NCBI RefSeq assembly: GCF_001194135.2
Contig: NC_068991.1
Location: 14,041,740 to 14,076,653, forward strand
Direction of reading: 5' to 3'
DNA: 34,914 nt
Origin: Octopus bimaculoides
Lineage: Eukaryota
A program made the translations under genes and the position numbers. Under the pieces are notes generated by a model, which was not told the DNA's origin, made no database searches, and worked only from the letters and a program-made list of their open reading frames with translations. Below, one piece after another: positions 22,900 through 34,914 of the stretch; the stretch's first letter is position 1, and every line of letters starts with the position of its first letter.

Positions 22900-24460
22900 A
22901 AACATTCTCGTGAGTGACGGCTAGCTGTTCTGCATTTTGTATACTTTGGGTTCTTCTGTTATTGGCCCCCACTAATCTCCCATGTGTAGGTAACGAGATC
23001 ATTGATATAAAACACAGCTCTATGTTTTATGAGGCAGAGATTCTATGCTTGATGTAGAGCTTTGGATTAAAATCTTGTTGATCTTCAGCATCAAGAGACG
23101 AAGGAAGAGCGTATAAAAATCTCAGTGGATACATTTAACCTATGCCTTCAGGTCAGATCTTCAAGGAGATGAATATCTGACCGGTCCTGCCCTCAAAAAA
23201 AAAAAAGGAAAGATAAAGAAAAAAGACTCTGAAGCTCTTTTTTTTTTACTCAGCGAAGCCCAAACTTCGTGATCCCTAAAGCAGTCGTGATCTGCCTTGC
23301 AAAATTTCTCTGCTAGATCTGCTAGAAATAGCAACAAAATCGACAATGTATTCATTGATATGTAAAGAGATCAATGAGTCACGGCTGGACTGGAACGTCT
23401 TAGTTTATCATAGTTTTACTTGATCGGGGATGACCTGATGCTAAACAACAGCAACCCGTCGTAAAACTTCTTAAATAATCAGAGCCAACTCAGGAAGGGA
23501 AGTCGCTAGTCGATCGCTTTTAATAAGAGTCAACGCAGGAAGTGAAATCACTAATCGATCTCTCAACCGGCTTGATGTAGCAGCCAAGTCTCCTTTAATT
23601 CCAACTCTAACGTATAAATAAGAGAGGGACAATGTATATATATTTAGATATACAGGAAGACGCGATGTATACGGCTTGAATGTTTTTCTTTGTCTTAGGT
23701 TCGCATGGGTTACCAAATATATTACCTGACTTCAATATTCTAATTTGGAAAGAAATGACGTCATAATAAAATAGCTCGAAATTTTACAAAATGTCGACGT
23801 TTCTGAAATCTGTTATTTAAAATCTTGGAATTATTTTCCCTTATTGAAAATATTTCTTTATTGATAATAAAACGTTATAATAAACTTCCAGCATTCATGA
23901 CAATTGTTTCGTTGGTAGCTTGGTTCTGATTCACTCGTTGATTTACTAAATGCTCCCTTAACTGGCATAAAAGAGAAAAAAAGGGAGAAGCTCCCCTCGT
24001 TGGTTTAATAGACGATCCCTTTTGCCAGTTTTCAGAAAGTAACCTGAGTTGGCTTAGTAGAGGCTTACACTTTTTCGTTTAACAGAAACTATCGATATTT
24101 TAGTTACATAGATGAAATTGCGGAGAGATTTCATCAGCACTACTACCGGCAAAATTTAATCAGAAATTTTATGGGAGGCAAAATCTTTCGTATATCAAAT
24201 ATGTTATAGTTCCTACAACAACAGTGGTTAAGAAGAGATGTAACATTCATCCCATTCTTAATTAAGATAGAAATTTCAATTACATTTTGAAGAATCCATT
24301 TGAACCACAAGTAAAGTATACAATGTTTTGGCTATGTTGTGGTAAACACACTCGACCAATATCATGTGAGCTTTTTGCTTATTTTCTGATATCAGTCATT
24401 GTCTGTGGCCATGGTGGAGCAACATTTTCAAGGGATTTTAAGATGATTATATTGGCCTCA
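22900..24460 (-). mobile_element. Decayed Penelope-like element, copy 2 of the duplicated block
   Basis: QNIVY (24316-24327), LNHCCCR, RLLNQRGE (23991-24011), REHLVN. Colinear similarity to 12190-14000. Confidence 0.55.
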
Positions 24461-25258
24461 GTAACCTCTCAAGTACTATTTCGTCGTTCTTCTTAGAAGC
24501 AAAATGCAAAGAATTACATTCTTTTATCTTTGTTACAAGTAGACAGATAATTCAGTCGGAACATCTCTACTCCGCGCTTGATGTTTCTTTTCGAAAGTAC
24601 CATATGTATATTATACATTACATACATATATGTATGTATAACACACACACACACACACATATGTATCTGAGCATGAATGTATGTATGTATGTATGTATGT
24701 ATGTATGTATTATGTATGTATGTATGTGTGTCTGTGTGTATGTACTATGTATGCATGTTTGTATGTGTGTATATATACATATATGCGTATATATATATGC
24801 ATAAACACATATACATGTATATATATATATTCAAGTACGTATATATGTATATATATTTATATATATATATANNNNNNNNNNNNNNNNNNNNNNNNNNNNN
24901 NNNNNNNNNNNNNNNNNNNNNNNNNNNNNNNNNNNNNNNNNNNNNNNNNNNNNNNNNNNNNNNNNNNNNNNNNNNNNNNNNNNNNNNNNNNNNNNNNNNN
25001 NNNNNNNNNNNNNNNNNNNTATATATGTCGCTTAACCTCATAAGAATTATGCTGGTGTTGATTTATATTTTCCTAGAAGAGCACACCCTGGGAGGTTTTC
25101 TAGTAGTCACTAAATGATACACAAATTGTGTAATCACTTTTTAAAGTTATCTCTATGCTATTTCTAGCATTCTTAACAACTTCGTAGACGAGTTTATGTA
25201 TAAGGAAGAAATTCGAACTGCTTTAAAATAATGAAATAAATATTATTTCAATAATTAT

Positions 25259-25460
25259 CTAAGGCGGTGAGCTGGCAGAATCGTTAGCACGCCGGGAAAA
25301 ATGCTTAGCGGCATTTCTTCCGTTCTGAGTTCAAATGCTGCCGAGGTCGACTTTGCCTTTCAACCTTTCGGGTTGGATAAAATAAAGTACCGTTAAGCAC
25401 TGAGGTCGATTGAAACCCCCTTTCCCATATATCGTGCTTTGTGTTTATGTTAGAAATTGC
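25259..25460 (+). mobile_element. tRNA-derived SINE (family 1)
   Basis: AAGGCGGTGAGCTGGCAGAATCGTTAGCACGCCGGG...GAGTTCAAAT...GAGGTCGACTTTGCC, the same family as the trimer. Confidence 0.85.
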
Positions 25461-25717
25461 TATTAACATAGGTAAAGGCTACAGAATGTTAGCGGTGATT
25501 ATAAGGATTATATGTTGTATGTGTTGTTGGCGGTGACTATATTGAGAACGTGTTGTGTGAGTTAATGGTTTTGTGTCTACCATTCGTCTAACTCAATGTG
25601 TTTGTACTGTAAAATAAACAAAATCCATATACGTATATGTTTGCGCGAGTGTGTGCGTACATAGATAAATATACAGACAGACAGTCATACCTGTACAGGT
25701 ATAAATATAGGTGTATA

Positions 25718-25794
<77 letters not shown>

Positions 25795-26122
25795 TATAAA
25801 TAGATGTATTTTCCCTTGTTTACAATTAACACGGAAAAATATGTATCTAGCTAGCTAGCTTAGCTAATTTGCTTGTTGCCTGATCAGTGACTGGGTGTCA
25901 CTTATTTCCAATATATTGCAAGGTGGAGTGAACTACCTCTATCACTAGCGGACGAGTATCTACCATCGGGGATGAGCACAAAGAGCGCAGAAGCATATGG
26001 CCTGGTTGTCTCGTGACTGGAAGGTGGTAGGGGTTCACGCCCCTGCTTGCAAACTGCATTGAATAACCAACTGGAGGAGGCGTCCTCCTGGTGTTAAAAT
26101 GGTAGTAACGCCTGTTCCTGTA

Positions 26123-26435
26123 GAGGCGCAATGGCCCAGTGGTTAGGGCAGTGGACTTGCGGTCGGACGATCGTGGTTTCGATTCCCAGACCGGGCGTTG
26201 TGAGTGTTTATTGAGCGAAAACGCCTAAAAGCTCCACGAGGCTCCGGCAGGGGGTGGTGGCGACCCCTGTTGTACTCTTTCGCCCCAACATTCTCTCACT
26301 ATTTCTTTCTGCTTCTTGAGTAACGCTGCGATGGACTGGCGTCTCGTCCAGCTTGTGGGGGGGGGACACATACGCCATAGAAACCGGGAAACCGGGCCCA
26401 TGAGCCTGCTAGGCTTTAAAAGGACGCATAAATAA
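26123..26435 (+). mobile_element. tRNA-derived SINE (family 2, short tail with V-domain-like segment)
   Basis: A box TGGCCCAGTGG, B box GTTTCGATTCC. Tail contains GCGATGGACTGGCGTCTCGTCCAG; A-rich end. Confidence 0.85.
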
Positions 26436-26507
26436 AAATAAATAGCCCCTGTTCCTACCGAACAGCCATGTTAAAGTAGCGACAGACATTACTTCTCTCT
26501 TTCTGTC

Positions 26508-26560
<53 letters not shown>

Positions 26561-27845
26561 CTATCTATCCGTGTATGTATGTATGTATGTATGTATGTGG
26601 GTGGGGGTGGGGGTTACATATGTATATATTCGAAACATCCCAGAGCATAGTGAGCCGGAAAAATATTGAAAGGAATTCAATCCGACATTTTAGAGATTTT
26701 TTTTTCCAAACTGTCACCTATTTATAGGAAACAATCTCAGATAGAACTAAAATGGATTCACGTAAACAACGTAACAGTACTCTGGTTGGCAACGCGAAGT
26801 TATTAATTACCAGAATCACTATATGGTGTTAGGATAAACATAGATTTAAGATAAGCTTACGGATGCGTATTTGTGGTAAATATGTATGTTTTCATCCCTG
26901 CTGTGAAATGTAAATAAATTCAGTTCTAACGAACGCCAGATAAGGTGGCAAAATAAAAGGGTTACAGCACTCATATGTATAAATTTCTGGTCACAGACCT
27001 GGAAGATCATACGGTTCGCCCACTCTCTCTTTCTCTCTCTGATAACTGGGAGGAGAAGAAGGTTCAACATCACTCACCTCGTATTCGTTTACATTTGAGT
27101 AGCTTCGAGCAAGGTGAAATGAAGCTCTTTTGCTTAATAGTACAAGGCACAGCTTAGTCAATGAATCGAACGTATGACCACATGATCATGAAACCAAAAG
27201 CTTAACCACTAGTCCACGTACCTTCATATACACACGTACCTGCATATATACACGCAAACATAAGTATTTAGGAGGGAAAAAGTTATCCAAATACAATTGC
27301 AACATGCTTCTGTGAATATTTGTGTTGGTGTGTCTAAGTATGACTGTCCTTGTGATTACGTTTACATCATGTTGGGTGTTAATATTGTCGTTTTACGTCC
27401 AGCAAAATAACGGTTCAGCAAACAGATATCGATGAAGTAAGTACCAAACTGAATGATGTTTCTGAGGTCAATATGATCGTCTAATCCAATGGTTCTCAAT
27501 TATTTTTTTTTATCTATTGATCCCTTCGATTTCTATTTTACTTGACTGCCCCCTACCCATCCTTATAACCATTTGATTGTATTAAGATATTATAATTATA
27601 TAGATATTATAATTGTATTAAGATATAAAAATAGTTTGTGTATTGAGAAGCGTAACCAAATTATTATAGATAAATTTTAACACTCTTACATGGACCCCTC
27701 AGGGTCATATGAACACTTAAGGGCCATATGGACCACTGAGAGCCATATGGACCCCAGTTGAGAACCACAGGTCTAATCCCTTGAATATGTCCTAGAATGG
27801 CTTTAGGTTAATGATTGAAACGAGTAACATAAAAAAGAATGTGTG

Positions 27846-27878
<33 letters not shown>

Positions 27879-27884
27879 ATGGAT

Positions 27885-27941
<57 letters not shown>

Positions 27942-28145
27942 CATGTATGTATGTATGTATGTGTTTTTGGGATGTGTTTGTATCGTTTGTTTTTGTTCAC
28001 TCGTACTGGCGTTTAGGCAACTCTACACTGATTGTACAGAGTGTTGTTAAATTTAGAGTGAGCTGTTTCGAGTGTGTCTGTTGTATGAATGAGTGTCTGT
28101 GTGTATGCCTGCCTTTGTGCGCGTACGTGCGTGAGTGAGTGTGTA

Positions 28146-28179
<34 letters not shown>

Positions 28180-28800
28180 CTAGTGGTGCTATATATTTTA
28201 ATGTATTGTGTCTACATGTCTGTCACTTTGCGTTTTGATCGGTGTAGTTTCAAAGTGTTACGAAGAACATGTATTCGTGTATATACATTCATATCATGTC
28301 ACTCTGGTTGCTGCTGGAAACATGTAACCCAGTACGACCGGTCCTATGCTCAAGCTGTCGGCAAGTAAACCAGCAACTCTATCAAACCTGCTTGGTAAGG
28401 AACGGGGGTCTTCGTTGGACATTCTGCTGGATGAAATAAATACAAAACCTGCCAAAAGGGCGAATGAACTCAGGAGAGTTCAGCCAACAGCAAAGATAGA
28501 GACAGACCCCTAGTCTTTGCTTAGACATCTCTCTAGAAGCAGAGAATTTCGAAATAACACGCGCTTCATTGCAAAGCTGGCGATTGTGTTCTTGGCCGCT
28601 TCTGGACTACTTGGTTTCGTATGTGAGAGTCTTAGTGTTGCGTAAACTGTTATTGACTTCAAATTTCATCACGAAGAATGCTGACAGCCATCTGGGATAC
28701 GATTATTTGTCAATGATGGTCATACTCATGTAAGAGTTCACAGCAACTATGTATGTACGTATGGGTGTATGCATGTATGTATGGCATTTTTATATGTGGT

Positions 28801-29015
28801 ATACGAAGGGCGCTGATAGTTCTTTGGTTCGTGTAAAATAAAATGCAGGAGGATCAGTTAACTGTGATATTATTCAACGTATTCCCCCTCTCAAATTCAC
28901 ACACTTATTGCAGCGATTCTTCGGTTTTTCTAAACCCTGATTATAAGAACACTGAAGGTTGGGCCTCCAACCAGGCCTTTCGCGAGACCCTTAAAGTCAA
29001 GAATTTTTCAGCACC
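28801..29015. mobile_element. Mariner-derived MITE
   Basis: TA-CGAAGGGCGCTGATAGTTCTTTGG ... AAAGTCAAGAATTTTTCAGCACC form degenerate TIRs. The internal TTATTCAACGTATTCCCC motif is typical of mariner ends. Confidence 0.6.
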
Positions 29016-29089
29016 ATTTGTGCTATTGCTTGTTTTGGGGCTTAGGTGCAAATTACTAGAGCATCATATGTATGAATGTGTGTGTGTGT

Positions 29090-29134
<45 letters not shown>

Positions 29135-29415
29135 TATGTGTGTGTGTGTGTGTGATTGGCTTTGAAGATGCGTCTCTGTGTGCTATGTTGAGTCGGTATG
29201 TGTATGTATGATGCTATTTAGTTTAGCGTGCGCCTGTTCCTGTGTGTTAATTGTATTTTGGTGTAATTGTATTTGTGTAACGATGTTGCTATGATGTTTT
29301 GGAAGTAAGCTTGTGTGTGTAGTCATGTTTATATGCATATATGTTATAACTATGTGCGAGTGCGACTGTTTGTATATGTAATCTTCTTAGTCGCTGTGCT
29401 ATTATGTATCTTGCT

Positions 29416-29635
29416 AAGGCGGCGAGCTGGTAGAATCGTTAGCGCGCCGGACGAAATGCTTAGCAGTATTTCGTCCGTCGCTACTTTCTGAGTTCAAATT
29501 CCGCCGAGGTCGCCTTTACCTTTCATCCTTTCGGAGTCGATAAAATAAGTACCAGTTGAACACTGGGGTTGGTGTAATCGACTCATCCCCTCTCCAAAAA
29601 TTACTGGCCTAGTGTCAAAATTAGAAGTCATTATG
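29416..29635 (+). mobile_element. tRNA-derived SINE (family 1), full length
   Basis: TAAGGCGGCGAGCTGGTAGAATCGTTAGC...GAGTTCAAATTCCGCCGAGGTCG...AAGTACCAGTTGAACACTGGGG. Confidence 0.9.
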
Positions 29636-29946
29636 TATCTTGTTGTGTATGTTCCTTAAGCTTTGTACGTACGAATGTGTATATAATATATATGATTGTA
29701 TTTGTCTCTATTATGTGTTTTGGGGAACTATTTAAGAGCATGGATATGTGCTTGTGAATATTTTTGAAACTGTGGGTGTTCAATTAGGTGTATAGTTGCC
29801 TGTGCGTGGTTATGGTGTAAATGTGGGGGACAGAAAGGCGTTCTTTGTATATGTGTATGTATGAATGTATGCATATATATTTTTTTCGGATGGTGTACCT
29901 GAGGCATAAATAGTGCATGTATTTGTTTACATATTTCTGTACGGTA

Positions 29947-30838
29947 CGAAGTAGTATCAAAAAGTTCCCGGACTGGTTCTGCAGCGCGCCAACAGATGGA
30001 AGCACACGGATTCGTGCACGGTGAGAGCTAGCAGTGACTTTCATGAGGTAGTGTGCCGAATGATATCGTTGTGTTTACTTTGCAAATTGTGAAATTAATG
30101 ATTTTGTGATCACTTGCATGCTGTAGTCTGCCATTTTTGTCCTGGACAGGAAGATGGAACAAAGAGCCTTCATGTCGAGGATCGACACAGGTGACGAGAC
30201 GAGAGTTGGGTCTATAAGTACGACCATCAGACGAAGCATTAGTCGTCACAATGGAAGAGCCCTTCATGTCCACGACCGAAGAAGGCACGACAGAGCCGCA
30301 GCTCAGTCAAGAACATGCTCGTCGTTGTTTTCGACATACGCGGTATTGTGCATCGGGAATTCATCCCCCCAGAGCTAGACCGTTACTCAAGTGTTCTACT
30401 GCAACATTTTGACGTGTTTGGGGATGGACATTCGGCGAAAGCAACCGGATATGCGGAGCGCGCAGAACTGGATTCTTCATGACCATAATGCACCCTGTCA
30501 TCGGTATCTCGTCGTTTGTGAGTTTCTCGTTAAAAACAACATTTGTAACGCTTCCGCACCCGCCCTCTTCACCAGGTCTACCATCTGCGAACTTTCGCCT
30601 CTTTCCCAAAATGAAAGTGCAGCCCAAAAGTCGCCGCTCTAACAACGTTGTCGTGATCAAGAGCGAATCGCCGAACGTCCTTGACTCGCTTACGGAAAAC
30701 GACTTCCCGACCGGATTTCAAAAGTGACAGGACCGCTAGGATCGGTGTATGGTCGCGCAGAATGACGTTAAAACTTAGATAAATAAGTTTGTTTTTTATT
30801 AAACATAACTAGTCCAGGAACATTTTGATACTACCTTG
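29947..30838 (+). mobile_element. Mariner (Tc1/mariner) transposon with internal deletion
   Basis: TIRs CGAAGTAGTATCAAAAAGTTCCCGGACTGGTT and the reverse complement of AACTAGTCCAGGAACATTTTGATACTACCTTG. TA at 29945-46 and 30839-40. Motifs MEQRA, IDTGDET, KNMLVVVFDIRGIVH, WILHDHNAPCH, PHPPSSPGL..NFRLFPKMK. Frameshifted. Confidence 0.93.
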
Positions 30839-30936
30839 TATGTCGTGGTATATATATATATATATATATATATANNNNNNNNNNNNNNNNNNNNNNNNNN
30901 NNNNNNNNNNNNNNNNNNNNNNNNNNNNNNNNNNNN

Positions 30937-30969
<33 letters not shown>

Positions 30970-31002
30970 AACAGACAGACAGGCAGACAGACAGACAGAG
31001 TG

Positions 31003-31050
<48 letters not shown>

Positions 31051-31211
31051 GAGAGAGGGAGGTAGGAGGGAGGGAGATCGTATATTCCAGTACGCATACT
31101 GTATATCATATTTCGGTGTATATGTGTTATGCGTTTTACTGTATATATATATATATATATCGTATGTTGCATCTTATATTACGTGCGCAGTGCTCTCAGT
31201 ACGAGGGTTAA

Positions 31212-32351
31212 TCTTGGAATGTTTCAGGCAGAAAAAAGAATCGAGCGCCAACTGACCCAGTCGCACCAAACGATGAATCAGAGGCCAAAAAGAATCTACG
31301 ACGCAGAAGACGACGCAAATCTAACGGCGCCTCGACTGATATCAAGGATGCACAGTCAGGCAGAGAGAAAACTTCTTCACAGCTTAACCCAGAACGACGC
31401 AGAACAGAGTCCTTGAGTGATAGAAAAGGATCTGAGTCCGTATTAGTAAAGACTCCACCAGACACCTCAGACCTAAAGAAAGAAAACTCACAGAATCAAA
31501 TGAAATCTGAACAATCCAACAATTCCCAGAGTTCACCAATTGTACCAGCTCCGACTCCACCAATTGTACCAGCTCCGACTCCATCAGTTGTATCAGTTCC
31601 GACTCCACCAATTGTACCAGCTCCGACTCCAACAGTTGTATCAGTTCCGACTCCACCAATTGTACCAGCTCCGACTCCATCAACTGTATCAGTTCTGACT
31701 CCACCAATTGTACCAGCTCCGATTCCATCAACTGTATCAGTTCTGACTCCACCAATTGTACCAGCTCCGACTCCATCAATTGTATCAGTTCCGACTCCAC
31801 CAGTCACAACAGACTCTGAGAGTCATCTCAAACCATCACAGCCCAAGACGGACCAAACTACATCAGATACCTCAGGCCAACCAGACTCCGCCAGTAAAGA
31901 ACAACAACAGTTATCTCGGGTTGAACCAGGTACCGCAGATCAGCAAACACTAGACTCTGCCACTAACGATCAGCTACAAGCCAGATGGCTCTCACATCAG
32001 TGCCACATGAAACTGAATTCAGAACTCCCTTGCACGTACCACACGCCAGACTGCCATGATACTCTATGTGGGTCACCTGGATGCAGCACACACCAAGCTG
32101 CACTAGTTACCTGCATCCACCACAGACCACAATGCCAAAGTGTTCTAAAACCACTACAAGTCAGATTCCAGCCTCCATATCAACCTACAAGAATCCAACA
32201 ACCAGCTGTCATAGAATATCCCACACAAGATACTTTTGGTCCCGGTTGGCCAAGAACCACGCTATCAGCCAGGGAGCAGCAGCCACCAGTTGTCGCAGTT
32301 CGGCAAAAAAAAGCAGAGCCCAAAATTATCCAGCCTGTCTGGCGTTATTAA
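31212..32351 (+). CDS. ~380-codon open frame: basic/Ser-rich N-terminus, Pro-rich repeat, Cys/His segment; probably an element-encoded ORF
   Basis: The frame of the listed ORF 31413-32351 stays open back to the TAA at 31209-31211 (GRKKNRAP...KKNLRRRRRRKS...). No ATG near the start; possible acceptor TTTCAG ending at 31227. Confidence 0.4.
   Translation, partial: SWNVSGRKKNRAPTDPVAPNDESEAKKNLRRRRRRKSNGASTDIKDAQSGREKTSSQLNPERRRTESLSDRKGSESVLVKTPPDTSDLKKENSQNQMKSEQSNNSQSSPIVPAPTPPIVPAPTPSVVSVPTPPIVPAPTPTVVSVPTPPIVPAPTPSTVSVLTPPIVPAPIPSTVSVLTPPIVPAPTPSIVSVPTPPVTTDSESHLKPSQPKTDQTTSDTSGQPDSASKEQQQLSRVEPGTADQQTLDSATNDQLQARWLSHQCHMKLNSELPCTYHTPDCHDTLCGSPGCSTHQAALVTCIHHRPQCQSVLKPLQVRFQPPYQPTRIQQPAVIEYPTQDTFGPGWPRTTLSAREQQPPVVAVRQKKAEPKIIQPVWRY
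31533..31805 (+). repeat. In-frame minisatellite: eleven 24-bp units, mostly alternating two types (48-bp higher-order repeat)
   Basis: PPIVPAPT (CCACCAATTGTACCAGCTCCGACT) alternates with PSxVSV[PL]T. Confidence 0.95.
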
Positions 32352-33143
32352 TTCCTGTCGCCTTAAACCATCAACACTGGTCTTTATTCACCACTATCCA
32401 ATACATTCTGCAGTCACCTCGATCCATCACAAGTCACATTTCAGTACAGTCCCGAATTCTTTGTTCTAATATATTATAGACTAAGGTTTTCCATTGACAA
32501 ACAACCACCGACAGTCTTAGTTCGACAGAGACAAAGAAATATGATTTTGTCGATCAAAACATGACATTTTTAAATCCTCTCATCTTAGACTAACACAGGC
32601 ACGTGTCTATCAATCATCTCTGTCTACTACAAATCAGGGTCCACAATTAGCGCAATTTAATACAAACCAAATGTAACTTGTCGTCACCATTCGTGATATA
32701 TCAGATGCTACTCTGTCGCTTCAGTCAACCACAAACAGGCGTCCACAAAATCGTTTACTTCAGACACCGACAAAACTCCAATGCGGACAAGTGTCAACCA
32801 GTCCTACACAGTCCCTGCAAACCAGGCGCTACTGCAGCCACGAATCATAACTCACCAAAATTATGTGACGATAATAGCAGGTCATCAATCTATAGATACA
32901 GAAACTATAATATAATTTAAATTGTTAGTGGCATCACGACTGAATTTCGTGCAGGATAATATTACATTTCGAGAATGAAATTTAAGGAGTAACTAGTAGT
33001 TTGGTTGAACAAACAACAGGAAGATTTGATTTTGTACCTTGATTAGTCTTAGTAACATCAAATTCATCATATACCTAATATACCACCAGGTGGACGGACT
33101 TCTGGAGCCTGTTATAACTGTATATCTATTTATCTATCTATGC

Positions 33144-33238
<95 letters not shown>

Positions 33239-34062
33239 TATACTAAGAGGAATGAAACATGATAAATCCTCCAAGCACGCCATCAGCTGAATAAACCCAA
33301 ATTTCTACTGTTATTGAAAATTTGTCTTGTTGTTCTCTCACTTTTCGATAAGTGTACACACACATGCGCACACAAACGTGGTCAATCACAGGTGCACACA
33401 CACATACACACACACACACACAAAACACACACACACATACAAAACACACATGCATGCGCACACATCATACATATAGAAACTCTTGAGTATGCAGAAATAA
33501 TATCTCGTTTATTGAAACACTTATAAATATATTGTACATATATATATATATATTGTGCATATTCGAGCGTTTTTATTTATATTGGTCTGAATCATATGCT
33601 ACTATGTCATTCTATGAACTATATATTAGCATTTCGACAAATAAAATCGATAAAATTAGCACCAGGCTAGAATTAGTTACTCGAGTCAGTGTGAACGACG
33701 AATTTCCTCCCGGTGCACCAGCATGAGCACTCTATAATAAAAGAGAGGAGTAAAAAAATGAAAGAATGTGTCTGTGCATTAAATTGGTGTATATAAGTGC
33801 ATAACCACGTGTGTTTGTACATGTGTGTGCGTGTGTTAGTGCGTGAGCATGATTGTAAGCACGCGAGTGTGTGCGTGTGTGTGTGGATTTTCTGCATAAT
33901 TTTCGACTGCATGTTTTAGAATTCACGATTTAAAAATAGGTTTCATAGAAAACAGTGGTAAAAACATCCCCAATTTCGGTTTGGCTACGTGACATTCGAC
34001 GAAATTTATCGTATCGCTTTCCATATAAGAATCGTTTTTCATATAAAAAAAAAAAAGAGATC

Positions 34063-34481
34063 GCCATGTTGAAGTGACTTCGACTATTACTTGTTAGTAC
34101 AACTACTGCGTTGATCTTCGAAAGAGATTTTAGAACTATCATTGCTTGTTGCAAAATCTGTGTGTTCGTTTGAAATATATATATTGCGAGCAGAGGCGAG
34201 CTACTGTCATCTGAGGCAGACGAGGCGTCCACTACTGAAGAGTGGCAGAAGTAACCCGAAACCCGGTGTGATCTGCTGGTCCCATTGCTAGAAGGTGATA
34301 GAGGTTCGCTCCCTTGATCGCATCGAATGCAGCTCTGCATCGTTAACCAGCTGGAGAAGATGTGATTAAAAAATTGCTGTAGAGTCCGTTTAAACGGAAA
34401 GCCCTGTTGAAGTGGCGACGAATATTACTTGCTAGTGCAGCTACTGCATTAATCTCTTAGAGAGATTTTAGAATTAGCATT
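34063..34481 (+). mobile_element. Small PLE/retrozyme-like unit: ~80-bp direct repeats flanking a hammerhead-like core
   Basis: 34063-34143 and 34401-34481 are diverged direct repeats with a 338-bp period. CTGAAGAG (34235)...CGAAAC-CCGGT (34257-67) lies between them. Confidence 0.5.
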
Positions 34482-34511
34482 TTTCCTTATATATATATAT
34501 ACATGTGTGTT

Positions 34512-34547
<36 letters not shown>

Positions 34548-34914
34548 TAAAAATTTAAAAAATATAAAAAAGGGTTTTGTAAGATCGTGAAAAGAGGAAT
34601 ATATTATTTAAAAGAGTTCCAACTCTGTCTGTTTTTTATGTTTCATTTATATTCTTATAAAATTAATGTGGAATATAGAATATGGGATATATAATATAAA
34701 TGATAAATTGAAATGAAGTATTGAATGTCTTATTGAATATATGAAATATTGAGTATTATATATAGAGTATTAATATATAAGGACTCGTATACTTTCCTGC
34801 CTCATGGTTGACTCTATAGTTGACTCTCTCTATATATATATAAGTATATGTAATCTATCTATCTATATATATATATATATGCGTGTGTGTGTGTGTATAT
34901 ACATATAGATATAT

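Noticed and set aside
24106-24142. CTGATGA on the minus strand within a GATGAAAT/ATTTCATC hairpin
   Set aside because: No GAAA or stem III in the right position; just a small inverted repeat.
28280-28620. Possible RTE-like 5' region (SWRLCSW similar to the xRxGTWNV start of an APE)
   Set aside because: Single weak motif, with nothing downstream to confirm it.
31199-31215. TACGAGGGT resembling a mariner TIR start
   Set aside because: No partner TIR or transposase sequence.

Overview
Repeat-dominated eukaryotic intergenic or intronic DNA. It is AT-rich, has many (CA)n/(TA)n/(TATG)n microsatellites and seven N-gaps. The tRNA-derived SINE families look like those of Octopus or another coleoid cephalopod (inference from recognised sequence, not a database hit). 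No conserved host gene could be identified with confidence. The main signal is a dense cluster of Penelope-like retroelement (PLE) remnants: one RT fragment, several GIY-YIG endonuclease remnants and five different minimal hammerhead-ribozyme (HHR) motifs. One HHR is essentially intact and occurs twice, in opposite orientations, inside a near-perfect 142-bp inverted repeat (18631-19073). The window also holds R4/Dong-like RLE-LINE fragments, a 3'-truncated CR1-like LINE, an internally deleted mariner with TIRs and TA TSDs, a mariner MITE, palindromic MITEs, many SINEs (including a head-to-tail trimer), a duplicated ~1.6-1.8 kb PLE+SINE block, and two orphan low-complexity ORFs, one with possible Ulp1-like protease remnants. 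All protein motif calls are by eye.
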